Part shown: piece after piece, positions 40,088-49,209 of the stretch | How positions within the stretch are numbered: position 1 is the stretch's first letter | How the letters are laid out: each line of letters opens with the position of its first letter | Assembly (NCBI GenBank): GCA_934717745.1 | Contig: CAKUZB010000007.1 | Span: forward strand, 3,299 to 67,298 | DNA: 64,000 nt | Direction of reading: 5' to 3' | Source of the DNA: an uncultured Candidatus Melainabacteria bacterium | Lineage (GTDB): Bacteria > Cyanobacteriota > Vampirovibrionia > Gastranaerophilales > Gastranaerophilaceae | Notes under the pieces: model-generated | What the model was told of the DNA's origin: nothing | The model's database searches: none | The model's input: the letters and a program-made list of their open reading frames with translations, nothing else | Position numbers and translations under genes: made by a program

Positions 40088-41245
40088 ATGTTTATTGATA
40101 TCGACGTAGCACAACAAAAAAAATATAATCAAAACGCATACGGCGATTATTTTGCATTCAAACGTTTTCCTGACACAGGAAAACTCATTGCAGTTCTATC
40201 TGACGGACTTGGAAGCGGTATAAAAGCAAACATTCTTGCTTGTATGACTGCAACAATGTTATTAAAATTTATTGAGGCAGGAACAGAAATTAAAAAAGCC
40301 TGTGAAACAATTATGAATTCGTTACCGGTCTGCCAAGTTAGAAAAATAAGTTATTCAACTTTTTCTGCTCTAGATTGCGACGAAGAAGGTAATGCTAAAA
40401 TAGTAGAAGAAGGAAATCCTCAGTTTTTATGGATAAGAAATGGTGAAATTCTTGAACCGGAGTTTAAAGTTTTAACCTCAAAAGAATTTCCAAGTCGCCA
40501 CATGCATATTTACAACATAAAGTTACAAGCAAATGACAGATTATTATTTTGTTCTGATGGTTTAACTCAGACTGCATTAGGAACAAAAAAATATCCATTA
40601 GGACTTCGTAGAGAAGGTTTAATTGAAATTGTAAAAAAAGAATTAGCAAGCAATTCGGAAATTTCAAGTCATAACTTAGCAACAAGAGTTGTGAAACAAG
40701 CAATTTTAACAGAACCTGACAAACAACCAAAAGATGATATTTCTGCTGTATGCGTATATTATAGAGAGCCGAGAAATGCTGTTGTCTTTACAGGTCCACC
40801 ATACAACCAAGACCAAGACAAATTTTATGCCAAAGCCTTAATGGAATTTGATGGCAAAAAGGCAATAGCCGGCGGTACTACAGCAAACTTAGTTTCAAGA
40901 GAATTAAATATTCCGATTACAACAAAACTTGATACAAATGTCGGTAAATTACCGTCTATTTCATATATGAACGGTATAGATTTGGTTACAGAAGGAATTT
41001 TAACACTTACTAAGACCTATGAATATCTTGAAAGTGGAGAAATTGAACACGATGCAGGAGGCGAACTTGTAAAATTCATGCTTGATACGGATTGCATTAC
41101 GTTTATGGTTGGTGCAAAATTAAATCAGGCACATTATGATCCTAGTTTGCCAATTGAAATAGAAATTCGCAAAAATATAATAAAAAAAATGGCGGATATT
41201 CTACAAACAAAATATTTTAAAAAAGTTACAATACAATACATGTGA
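40088..41245 (+). CDS. PP2C/SpoIIE-family serine phosphatase with extra C-terminal domain
   Basis: AVLSDGLGSG and LLFCSDGL metal-binding Asp motifs. About 150-aa C-terminal domain of unknown function. Confidence 0.75.
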   Translation: MFIDIDVAQQKKYNQNAYGDYFAFKRFPDTGKLIAVLSDGLGSGIKANILACMTATMLLKFIEAGTEIKKACETIMNSLPVCQVRKISYSTFSALDCDEEGNAKIVEEGNPQFLWIRNGEILEPEFKVLTSKEFPSRHMHIYNIKLQANDRLLFCSDGLTQTALGTKKYPLGLRREGLIEIVKKELASNSEISSHNLATRVVKQAILTEPDKQPKDDISAVCVYYREPRNAVVFTGPPYNQDQDKFYAKALMEFDGKKAIAGGTTANLVSRELNIPITTKLDTNVGKLPSISYMNGIDLVTEGILTLTKTYEYLESGEIEHDAGGELVKFMLDTDCITFMVGAKLNQAHYDPSLPIEIEIRKNIIKKMADILQTKYFKKVTIQYM

Positions 41246-41252
41246 GGTCAAA

Positions 41253-41543
41253 ATGGAAAAAATTACCGTAAATTTATGTTTGGGAACAACTTGCTTTGTA
41301 ATGGGTGGTGCAAAATTACAAGAATTAGCAGAAACCTTACCGGCAAAATATGGCGATAAAATTGAAGTCGTTGGCAAAACGTGTTTAGACTTGTGTTCTA
41401 GCGGTTTTTCAAAAGCACCTTATGCAAAAGTTAATGATGAAATTATTGGTGAAGCAACTCCTGAAAAAATTATTTCAGCAATTGAAAACATTTTAAACCC
41501 TAAAGTAGAAGAAAAAGTTGAAAACGAAGATGAAGAAGAATAG
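41253..41543 (+). CDS. thioredoxin-like [2Fe-2S] ferredoxin with acidic tail
   Basis: 96 aa, Cys pattern CLGTTC..GKTCLDLC, paralogous to the 38128 gene. Confidence 0.7.
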   Translation: MEKITVNLCLGTTCFVMGGAKLQELAETLPAKYGDKIEVVGKTCLDLCSSGFSKAPYAKVNDEIIGEATPEKIISAIENILNPKVEEKVENEDEEE

Positions 41544-41563
41544 TATATATAGTAGAGGTAGAG

Positions 41564-43024
41564 ATGAATAATAACAGTCAAGAAATTAAAATTAAAAAAG
41601 AAATCTTGGTCAGAATTATTGAAGCATTTTATTCTGACGATTTTGAAGAAAACACAAGATTAATCCCTTATGACATGCGTCCAAAAGGTGCTGACGTACC
41701 TTACAGATGCTGTATTCATAAAGAAAGAGCAATTATCAAAGATAGAGCAATTGCCGGATTAGGTTTTTCTATTGAAGATGATGATGAAAGAACAACGCTT
41801 TCAACTTACGCAAAAAAATCATTAGAAAGAACAGAATTAGATGGTAAAAACTTAACAGTACTGCAAGATGCTTGTAAAGGTTGTGTTCCTAGCCAAATCT
41901 ATGTTACTGACCTATGCCAAGGTTGTGTTGCAAGACCTTGTCAAAGTACATGTAAATTCGGTGCAATCACTGTTTCTGACGGTCGTTCAAAAATTGACCC
42001 AACAAAATGTAAAAAATGCGGAATGTGTATGAATGCTTGCCCATACCATGCAATCGTAAAAATTACAGTTCCTTGTGAAAACGCTTGTCCAGTTGGTGCA
42101 ATTGCAAAAGACGAACAAGGTTTAGCAAGAATTGATTTTGAAAAATGTATTAGTTGCGGACGTTGTATTGCTGCTTGCCCATTTGGTGCAGTTCACGAAA
42201 AGAGCCAATTAATTGACATATTAAAAGCAATTAAATCCGGTAAAAATGTTGTTGCAATGTTTGCACCGTCAATTGCCGGTCAATTCCCTGGAAATATTTA
42301 CCAACTTAAAAATGCAATAAAACAATTAGGATTTAAAGAAGTCTTTGAGGTTGCTCAAGGTGCAGATATTACAACTAAAAATGAAGGTAAAGAGTTTGTT
42401 GAACGCATGGAAAGTGGTCAAAAATTCATGACAACTTCTTGCTGTGCAGGTTACAATCAACTTATCAAAAAACACTTGCCGGAAATTAAACCTTTCGTTT
42501 CAGATACAAAAACTCCGTTATACTACACCGCAGAAATTGTAAAACAAGAACAACCGGATGCTGTTACAGTATTCATAAGTCCTTGCGTTGCAAAAAGAGC
42601 AGAAGGTTTTGATGATAAAAATGTTGATTATATAATGAGTTGTGAAGAATTAGGTGCTTTTTTCATTGCTAAAAAAGTAGAAATTCTTAATTGCGAAGAA
42701 GAAAAATATGACTACGAAAGTTCAAAACAAGCAAGAAACTTCGGTGTTTCAGGCGGTGTTGCAGAGGCAGTTAAAAAAGTTCTAAAAGATGAAGATGCAG
42801 TAAAACCTTTTGTTATAAATGGTTTGAATAAAGATTCTATTAAACAACTTAAAAAATTTGCAACATGTGGCGAATGCGAAAGCGGATGCAATTTGGTAGA
42901 AGTTATGTGTTGCGAAGGCGGTTGTATCGCAGGTAATGCAACTTTAAACAATCAAAGAGTTGCTAAAAAATTAATTAATGAATTGGTTACAACTAGCGAA
43001 GACATTACCAAAAACGAAGAATAA
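41564..43024 (+). CDS. hydA: [FeFe]-hydrogenase catalytic subunit
   Basis: Several 4Fe-4S motifs (CKKCGMCMNACP, CISCGRCIAACP). H-cluster motifs TTSCCAGY, SPCVAKRAE, MCCEGGCIAG. Strong terminator downstream. Confidence 0.85.
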   Translation: MNNNSQEIKIKKEILVRIIEAFYSDDFEENTRLIPYDMRPKGADVPYRCCIHKERAIIKDRAIAGLGFSIEDDDERTTLSTYAKKSLERTELDGKNLTVLQDACKGCVPSQIYVTDLCQGCVARPCQSTCKFGAITVSDGRSKIDPTKCKKCGMCMNACPYHAIVKITVPCENACPVGAIAKDEQGLARIDFEKCISCGRCIAACPFGAVHEKSQLIDILKAIKSGKNVVAMFAPSIAGQFPGNIYQLKNAIKQLGFKEVFEVAQGADITTKNEGKEFVERMESGQKFMTTSCCAGYNQLIKKHLPEIKPFVSDTKTPLYYTAEIVKQEQPDAVTVFISPCVAKRAEGFDDKNVDYIMSCEELGAFFIAKKVEILNCEEEKYDYESSKQARNFGVSGGVAEAVKKVLKDEDAVKPFVINGLNKDSIKQLKKFATCGECESGCNLVEVMCCEGGCIAGNATLNNQRVAKKLINELVTTSEDITKNEE

Positions 43025-43043
43025 TAATTAAAAGATAAGGTAC

Positions 43044-43080
43044 GGCGGGCTGAAATTTTATTTCAGCCCGCCATTTTTTA
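43044..43080 (+). terminator. intrinsic terminator after the hydrogenase cluster
   Basis: GGCGGGCTGAAAT-ttta-TTTCAGCCCGCC followed by ATTTTTTATT. Confidence 0.85.
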
Positions 43081-43154
43081 TTATCCTTGTAACATTATGT
43101 TAATTTTTAAGTGTAAATTTGACAATAAATGTATTTTAGAGTTATTATATTACT

Positions 43155-44738
43155 ATGAACATAACAGTTAATAAAAACTTTTTACCCCAAAAGTTTTTTA
43201 CCCCGATGAAAAAAACAAATAACCCACAAGAAAGCATAGTTCAAGAACCTAGACCAAACTATGCAACTGTTCCTGTATCTTTTCGCTCTTATGTGAATTT
43301 TACAGGAAATGCTCCTCAAATTACGAAAGCGACAATTGTTACTTCTACTGCTGAAGATATTCCGTTAGAAAAAACAGAAAATGGCGGTTATATTGTCGAA
43401 CCTGAAACTCATACAGAATTGATATATGGTAAAGATGCAACAAATTACTTAAGCAAAATTTCAAAATTTGAAAACGACACTCAAATTACTTTTCCCAAAA
43501 AAGCAAAAGGAAAATTGACCATTGATGGAAAGGTTATAAAAATAAAAGAAAATTCTACAGTAATTTTAAATAAAGGCACAGAGGCAAATGTTACTGTTGA
43601 TAAAGGTTATCCGCAAATAATAATGTCAAGAGATAATTATCCTTGGTACAATAAATATTCAAATAAACAAGAACAGACTCCTGCATTAAGAGATAAATTT
43701 AAAGAACTTATTTATAGAAATTCTCACACTTATAATGGAGAATTTAAGCCTTGTTTATTCACAAAAGACGATAATAAAAACAATGAATTAGCGACAAAAT
43801 TAAAAGATGCAGGCGAAATTTCTGAACAAAGAAGCGGTTATGTTAAATTTGAGCATTACCCTACTTGGGATTACAAAAAAGAAACTTTAACTAAAAAAGG
43901 TTTTTCAGACGAAGAATTAAACATTATCGAACCTGTATATAAACAAGTTCGTCAAACCAAATTAGATACAAAACTTGCGTTGAGAAGTCATAAAAATGGT
44001 TTGAGCGATGAAACAATTGCGAAATTGAAAGAAAATGGAGTTTTATTTGATACAAAAAAACATACAGAAAGAATTTACTGGAAAAAATGTTTTGAAAGCG
44101 AAGACCATTTAAGAGATACTTTAAATAAGAAAGAAATTACAGGTAAGGAACAAGATTCTGTAGTTAGAGCGTGGAACACCGATAACAGAATAGGTTTTGA
44201 TATTACCGGATTGAAATTCATAAACGATAATGCGGCAGTTTATTGCTTAGACGATAAGGTTAATAACTGGTCAATGGAAAAAAGTTGTTGGTTAACAAAC
44301 TCAACAGCATTGGCTTCAAAAAGAGAAGCACCGACTGTTGGGACTTCAATTGTGCAAGCAGATAGAAAAGACCCGACTCCGATGTGGAAATTACGTAGCG
44401 GAGAACATCTTCATATTCACCCAAAAAGTGAAGACCGCTCACAAACAGAATTATATATGATTACAAGTGGAACAGCAGCCTTGACAGTTGTACGTGATGG
44501 AGTTCCAAAAATAAAAATTTTAAAAGAGGGTGAATTAGCAGTAATTCCCCCCAATACTCCTCATTGCGTAAACTCAGTTATGGGTGAATATGAACAAGTT
44601 GTATCGCAAATTCCATCTGCGTTCCAATATGGATTGTCATTCAAACAAAACTTGGATATGCCATACGGATATACAGAAGATCAAATGGAAGAAGAAGCAA
44701 AAGAAGAACTTTTGCAAGCAAAAAGTGATAAAAACTAA
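43155..44738 (+). CDS. hypothetical protein with C-terminal cupin domain
   Basis: 527 aa. C-terminal cupin_2-like GEHLHIHP..ELYMITSG..LAVIPPNTPHCV. The ~400-aa N-terminal region is unassigned and starts MNITVN.. with VPVSFRS at ~aa 40. Confidence 0.65.
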   Translation: MNITVNKNFLPQKFFTPMKKTNNPQESIVQEPRPNYATVPVSFRSYVNFTGNAPQITKATIVTSTAEDIPLEKTENGGYIVEPETHTELIYGKDATNYLSKISKFENDTQITFPKKAKGKLTIDGKVIKIKENSTVILNKGTEANVTVDKGYPQIIMSRDNYPWYNKYSNKQEQTPALRDKFKELIYRNSHTYNGEFKPCLFTKDDNKNNELATKLKDAGEISEQRSGYVKFEHYPTWDYKKETLTKKGFSDEELNIIEPVYKQVRQTKLDTKLALRSHKNGLSDETIAKLKENGVLFDTKKHTERIYWKKCFESEDHLRDTLNKKEITGKEQDSVVRAWNTDNRIGFDITGLKFINDNAAVYCLDDKVNNWSMEKSCWLTNSTALASKREAPTVGTSIVQADRKDPTPMWKLRSGEHLHIHPKSEDRSQTELYMITSGTAALTVVRDGVPKIKILKEGELAVIPPNTPHCVNSVMGEYEQVVSQIPSAFQYGLSFKQNLDMPYGYTEDQMEEEAKEELLQAKSDKN

Positions 44739-44947
44739 TTTTTTGTTTTATATAATTAGGTTTTAAAAATTTTATAACATTTAATTAACATGCTTGTTTA
44801 GATATTTTTTTAATTGCCAGAGCAACTGTATTTTGATTTTTGTGATTGTTCTTTAAGTTTTGTGTAAAATCCTTGCCCCTGTTATGTTTATTAAAATAAA
44901 TCTCGCAATGGGGAATTTTTTCTGCTAATGATCTTCACCTTAATTAT

Positions 44948-45165
44948 AATTTCGAGTTTTGACTATGTGATTACATCACTTCATCAAAATCTCTCCAGCC
45001 TCTGCTCGCTCACGCTCGAACCTAAAACAAGGCTTTGCCTTGTGGTTCTCACCCCTTTTATGAAATCTCGTCATACCGCATTTGTTGCGGTATCTTTTGA
45101 TTTATTTCACATAAAAAAGACCTCTAGAGAGGTCTTATTATTTTATATTTGGGCCCGGAGGGGTT
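44948..45165. repeat. tandem repeat copy A (includes a duplicate of the last 16 nt of the tRNA at 45150-45165)
   Basis: Hand alignment to 45191-45407 gives roughly a dozen mismatches and one 1-nt indel. A 66-nt GC-rich core is identical in both copies. Confidence 0.9.
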
Positions 45166-45190
45166 ATCTTGTTCGCTCGCTTTAAACGGC

Positions 45191-45463
<273 letters not shown>

Positions 45464-45513
45464 TTGCTCTTCGCATGGTTGTATATCTAATTTAACATTA
45501 ATATCTTCTAAAA

Positions 45514-46452
45514 TCAAGTACCCTCATAATTACTTAATGCTTTATCTAGCAGATTAATCATAAATCTTCTATCCATTTTTGAGGTCATAACTTCACATTT
45601 GTCGGCATATCTCATTAGTCGCAAAAATAATTTGTTTTTTGGTTCTTTTTTATTTGAAATCATCAAACTTCCATCAGAATCTGTTCCGATAATTTGCTCA
45701 TCGTATCTTAATGTATAATTTATTGCCAATCTGTCTTTTACTTTGAATACTGTTGTTCCTGAGAAAAATCTTCCTGAACATTTTAAAGGAGTTTGTTTTA
45801 TTTCTACAATTTGTTTTGAATTTAACTCAAAAAACGTATTTGTTTTTGTACAATATAAGCATAACAAAACTTGTTTATCTTCAAATTTAGTTTCTAATGG
45901 CTCAAATATAGAATTTTCAATCTCGCCATCAATATTGTAATAATAAATTTGTAATCTGATTTTATTCTTACAATATTCCTCAAACTCTTGTAACGTTTTT
46001 GCTTGTTCTTCTGTAGGCAAAGTTATTTTTAAGGTTTGTTTTACAATTTTTTTCTTCTCCTCAAATTTTTCAAAATCCAAAGAGTAACGCATTTTTAATT
46101 GATAGAAAAATTCTGTAATTTTTTCTGATAAATCTTTTTCCGGAATAGTATCCAATACGTTGTTTAAAATCGCTAACGCTTCAATATTATCCTCTGAAAA
46201 ATTTATCTTAAACGGCAAATTCTTAACTTCGTATTTACACTTTTTTCTTACTAAATTAATCCCAGCAAATTTTAATGTCGACAAATATTTATAAACCACC
46301 GCTTTTGAATAACCTTTTGGGTCATCAGGGTCCAAGGATTCAAGATGTTTTACAATATCAGGCACTGTTGCAGGGTGTTTAACCAAAAATTTTAAAGTTT
46401 CAAAAACTCTGTATGCAGCAACAGTAGTATTTTCTAACGTAAATTTATTCAT
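45514..46452 (-). CDS. HTH-WYL-WCX-type transcriptional regulator (PafBC/BrxR/CapW-like architecture), subunit 2
   Basis: N-terminal wHTH (YRVFETLKFLVKHPATVPDIVKHL). Central beta-rich WYL-like segment (RLQIYYYNIDGE..VLLCLYCTKTNTFFELNSKQIVEI). C-terminal extension. Assigned by pattern only. Confidence 0.55.
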   Translation of the reverse strand: MNKFTLENTTVAAYRVFETLKFLVKHPATVPDIVKHLESLDPDDPKGYSKAVVYKYLSTLKFAGINLVRKKCKYEVKNLPFKINFSEDNIEALAILNNVLDTIPEKDLSEKITEFFYQLKMRYSLDFEKFEEKKKIVKQTLKITLPTEEQAKTLQEFEEYCKNKIRLQIYYYNIDGEIENSIFEPLETKFEDKQVLLCLYCTKTNTFFELNSKQIVEIKQTPLKCSGRFFSGTTVFKVKDRLAINYTLRYDEQIIGTDSDGSLMISNKKEPKNKLFLRLMRYADKCEVMTSKMDRRFMINLLDKALSNYEGT

Positions 46453-47389
46453 TTATATACACCTCACGCATATCTTTGAGTTTTTTGATAATTTCTTCTC
46501 TGATTTCTGTTGGCGAAATAACTACGCAATTCGGACCATAAGATAATATTTTTTGAATTAATTTAAACTTGTTATCAGTCGAAAATTCTACAGTCAAAAC
46601 ATCTTTTGTTGATTTAATAATCTTTTCGTCTTCTTTTTCTTCAAAATTAATTCTAGCATTATTTCTTAATTCATAAGTAACCTTGAAGGTTGCATTTTCA
46701 ATTTCTTCTTTTCTCAAGAAAAACGTAATTGGCGACGCAATTTTAGACACCAATAAAAATGAATTATTTTGATGAGTAATGCTATATCCGTCAATATATA
46801 ACTTTTTATTTCTAAATTCAAAATCTTCAACAATGAATTCAATATTAGATTTTCCTTTCGGAGATTTGTATTCAAACTGAATTTTTCCTTGAGTTTTTTG
46901 AGCATTTAATAAATTTCTTAAAGTATCTTTTTTAATATTTTTAATCAAAGAAATACCTTTTAAAAATTCCGAAGTTTCTTCATTATCTGTATACTTCGCC
47001 AATTCATTAAATAAGTTTTCAATTAAAACTAAATCTCTAAGTTTTAAATCCTTATAGGTTCTGTTATAAATTTTTGCAAGATTTTTTGCAAAATCCATAT
47101 CAATGTTCAATTCAAACGGATGAGAAATAAGATTATATTTGTAATCATTATGTTTGTCGGCTCTTGAAATCATGCAACCGGCAAGTCTTAAAGCATTCAT
47201 ATCATTTCTCAATGTGTCAGATGAAAACAAGTCTTTTGGATAATTATTTTTTACAAAATAATCGTTAATTTCCTCTGCTGTTTTTGGAGATTCTACAAGT
47301 AAAGAAAAAATAACCAATAATCTAACACCTGTTAAGTTAATTAATAAAGGTTTTATATCTTCTAATTTAAATGAATTTAACACTGCCAT
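46445..47389 (-). CDS. HTH-WYL-WCX-type transcriptional regulator, subunit 1
   Basis: wHTH (RLLVIFSLLVESPKTAEEINDY). WYL-like segment (IQFEYKSPKGKS..KKLYIDGYSITHQNNSFLLVSKI). C-terminal ILSYGPNCVVISPTEIREEI. 8-nt overlap with the downstream paralog. ATG 47389 preferred over TTG 47395. Confidence 0.55.
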   Translation of the reverse strand: MAVLNSFKLEDIKPLLINLTGVRLLVIFSLLVESPKTAEEINDYFVKNNYPKDLFSSDTLRNDMNALRLAGCMISRADKHNDYKYNLISHPFELNIDMDFAKNLAKIYNRTYKDLKLRDLVLIENLFNELAKYTDNEETSEFLKGISLIKNIKKDTLRNLLNAQKTQGKIQFEYKSPKGKSNIEFIVEDFEFRNKKLYIDGYSITHQNNSFLLVSKIASPITFFLRKEEIENATFKVTYELRNNARINFEEKEDEKIIKSTKDVLTVEFSTDNKFKLIQKILSYGPNCVVISPTEIREEIIKKLKDMREVYINE

Positions 47390-47468
47390 AATCAATTATA
47401 GTATAACAATTTTTTGTATTTATTCAATAAATTTACATTTCATTAAATTTTTCATATTTTTAATTTGA

Positions 47469-48068
47469 ATGATTTATAATAGACTTATGAATTATATATT
47501 TTACTTTTTAATAGTATTATCCATAATATTTGGGACAATAAACGGCAAACTTCAGGACGTAGTTAATGCAATTCTTACAGGTGCTGATTTGTCAGTCAAA
47601 GTCGCTTTTTCTTTAATAGGAATTATGGCTTTTTGGCTTGGAATTATGAGAATTGCTGAAAAATCCGGAATTGTTGATTTTATAACAAAATTGATTAAAC
47701 CTATTGCAAAGTGGCTATTCAATGATGTTCCAGCCGATAACAAAGCCATTGGCGATATTGCAATGAGTTTTTCTGCAAACGCACTTGGACTTACTAACGC
47801 AGCAACTCCAATAGGTTTAAAAGCAATGCAAGAATTACAAGATATTAATAAAGATAAGGATTCTGCATCTAATGCAATGTGCATGTTTTTGGCAATGAAT
47901 ACCGCAGGATTTCAAATTATTCCAACAACAGTAATTGCAATTTTGGTTAGCATTGGTTACAAAAATCCAACTGAAATTATTGCACCTACGTTAATTGTTA
48001 CCGGAACTGCTTTTATTTCCGCAATTTTTGTTGCAAAAATATTCCAAAGATTTTGGAGGGCTCAATAA
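47469..48068 (+). CDS. spmA: nucleoside-recognition-domain membrane protein (spore maturation protein A-like)
   Basis: Polytopic protein with an SpmA-like pattern. TAATG overlap with the spmB-like gene. Confidence 0.7.
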   Translation: MIYNRLMNYIFYFLIVLSIIFGTINGKLQDVVNAILTGADLSVKVAFSLIGIMAFWLGIMRIAEKSGIVDFITKLIKPIAKWLFNDVPADNKAIGDIAMSFSANALGLTNAATPIGLKAMQELQDINKDKDSASNAMCMFLAMNTAGFQIIPTTVIAILVSIGYKNPTEIIAPTLIVTGTAFISAIFVAKIFQRFWRAQ

Positions 48069-48607
48069 TGACTTTCCAAACAGTTATGAATACGATTTCG
48101 TTATGGATTTTGCCGGTAATTTTAATAACTATATTAACAGTTGCAATGTTTAAAAAAGTCCCTGTTTATGAAGCCTTCACTGATGGGGCAAAGGACGGAT
48201 TTAAAGTTGCAGTTGGTATAATTCCATACCTTGTTGCAATTATGGTTGCCATATCAATGCTAAGAGCATCAGGATTTATTGATTCGTGTGCAACGTTGCT
48301 AAACGGAATACTTGCAAAAATTTCCGTACCTGTAGATGTTTTACCGATTATGATTGTACGTTCACTTTCAGGTTCTGCTGCGTTGGGAATTTTCTCTGAT
48401 ATTGCAAATCATTTTCCGGCAGATAGTTATGTCGTAAAACTTTCAGCCATTATTGTTGGAAGTTCAGAAACTACTTTTTATGTCTTAGCCGTATATTTTG
48501 GTTCTGTCGGTATTTCAAAAGTAAGATATGCCTTAGCAACCGGAATTATCGCAGATATTATTGGTATACTGGTAGCAATCTTGGTTGCTCATCAATTTTT
48601 CTTGTAG
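48068..48607 (+). CDS. spmB: nucleoside-recognition-domain membrane protein (spore maturation protein B-like)
   Basis: Polytopic protein. Start moved to ATG 48068 (MTFQTVMNT). Confidence 0.7.
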   Translation: MTFQTVMNTISLWILPVILITILTVAMFKKVPVYEAFTDGAKDGFKVAVGIIPYLVAIMVAISMLRASGFIDSCATLLNGILAKISVPVDVLPIMIVRSLSGSAALGIFSDIANHFPADSYVVKLSAIIVGSSETTFYVLAVYFGSVGISKVRYALATGIIADIIGILVAILVAHQFFL

Positions 48608-48956
48608 CATCAACCCAACATTGAGTTATACGACGTTTTGTTTCATCGGCAGGCTTTGTTTCTTTTCTAACTAATACTGCGTAATTAATATTGATAAAAT
48701 CAATTGTATCTAATTTTTCTAAAACATATTCTTCGCTTCCGCAATTATGACAAAAGTTACCAACAGGAACTACTTTTCCGTTTTTTATAACTGCTTTGTG
48801 CTTAATTCCGCAACAGGCACATTTTACAATGTACCATTGGTTTTCAATTAAAGCACCACAATCCGGACAATAAGCAAAATTTTTATTTAAACTTACGTGT
48901 TTGTGAGTACATTTTTGGTTTGAAGAAAATAATTCGCTAAGTAGTTCTAAAATCAT
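48558..48956 (-). CDS. hypothetical multi-CxxC zinc-ribbon protein
   Basis: 132 aa with CPDCG, CACCG and CHNCG pairs. The 3' end overlaps spmB convergently by 50 nt. Confidence 0.5.
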   Translation of the reverse strand: MILELLSELFSSNQKCTHKHVSLNKNFAYCPDCGALIENQWYIVKCACCGIKHKAVIKNGKVVPVGNFCHNCGSEEYVLEKLDTIDFININYAVLVRKETKPADETKRRITQCWVDATRKIDEQPRLLPVYQ

Positions 48957-49209
48957 AATTACCTCGATTGCATTTTGTAGAAATTAAATAAATAGATGTA
49001 GATGTTATTTATTTAAGAATGCTTTTTGAAAAATCAAATTTTATGTTTAAAAAGTTTACAAACTTAACAATATAAAAACTTACCAATTTTCTCTTTGTTA
49101 ACAAATGTAACGATTTGTACAAACCCTGCAATTGTCATGTTTTTCATGTTTTTATATAGATGTAAGTGAAAAATAAATCAAACACACGAGTTTAGTTTGG
49201 AGTGATATT

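Noticed and set aside
44928-45185. An 85-aa ORF spanning tandem repeat copy A.
   Set aside because: The equivalent frame is broken in copy B by a 1-nt indel and substitutions. It has no SD, and it runs through the terminator hairpin and the tRNA fragment.
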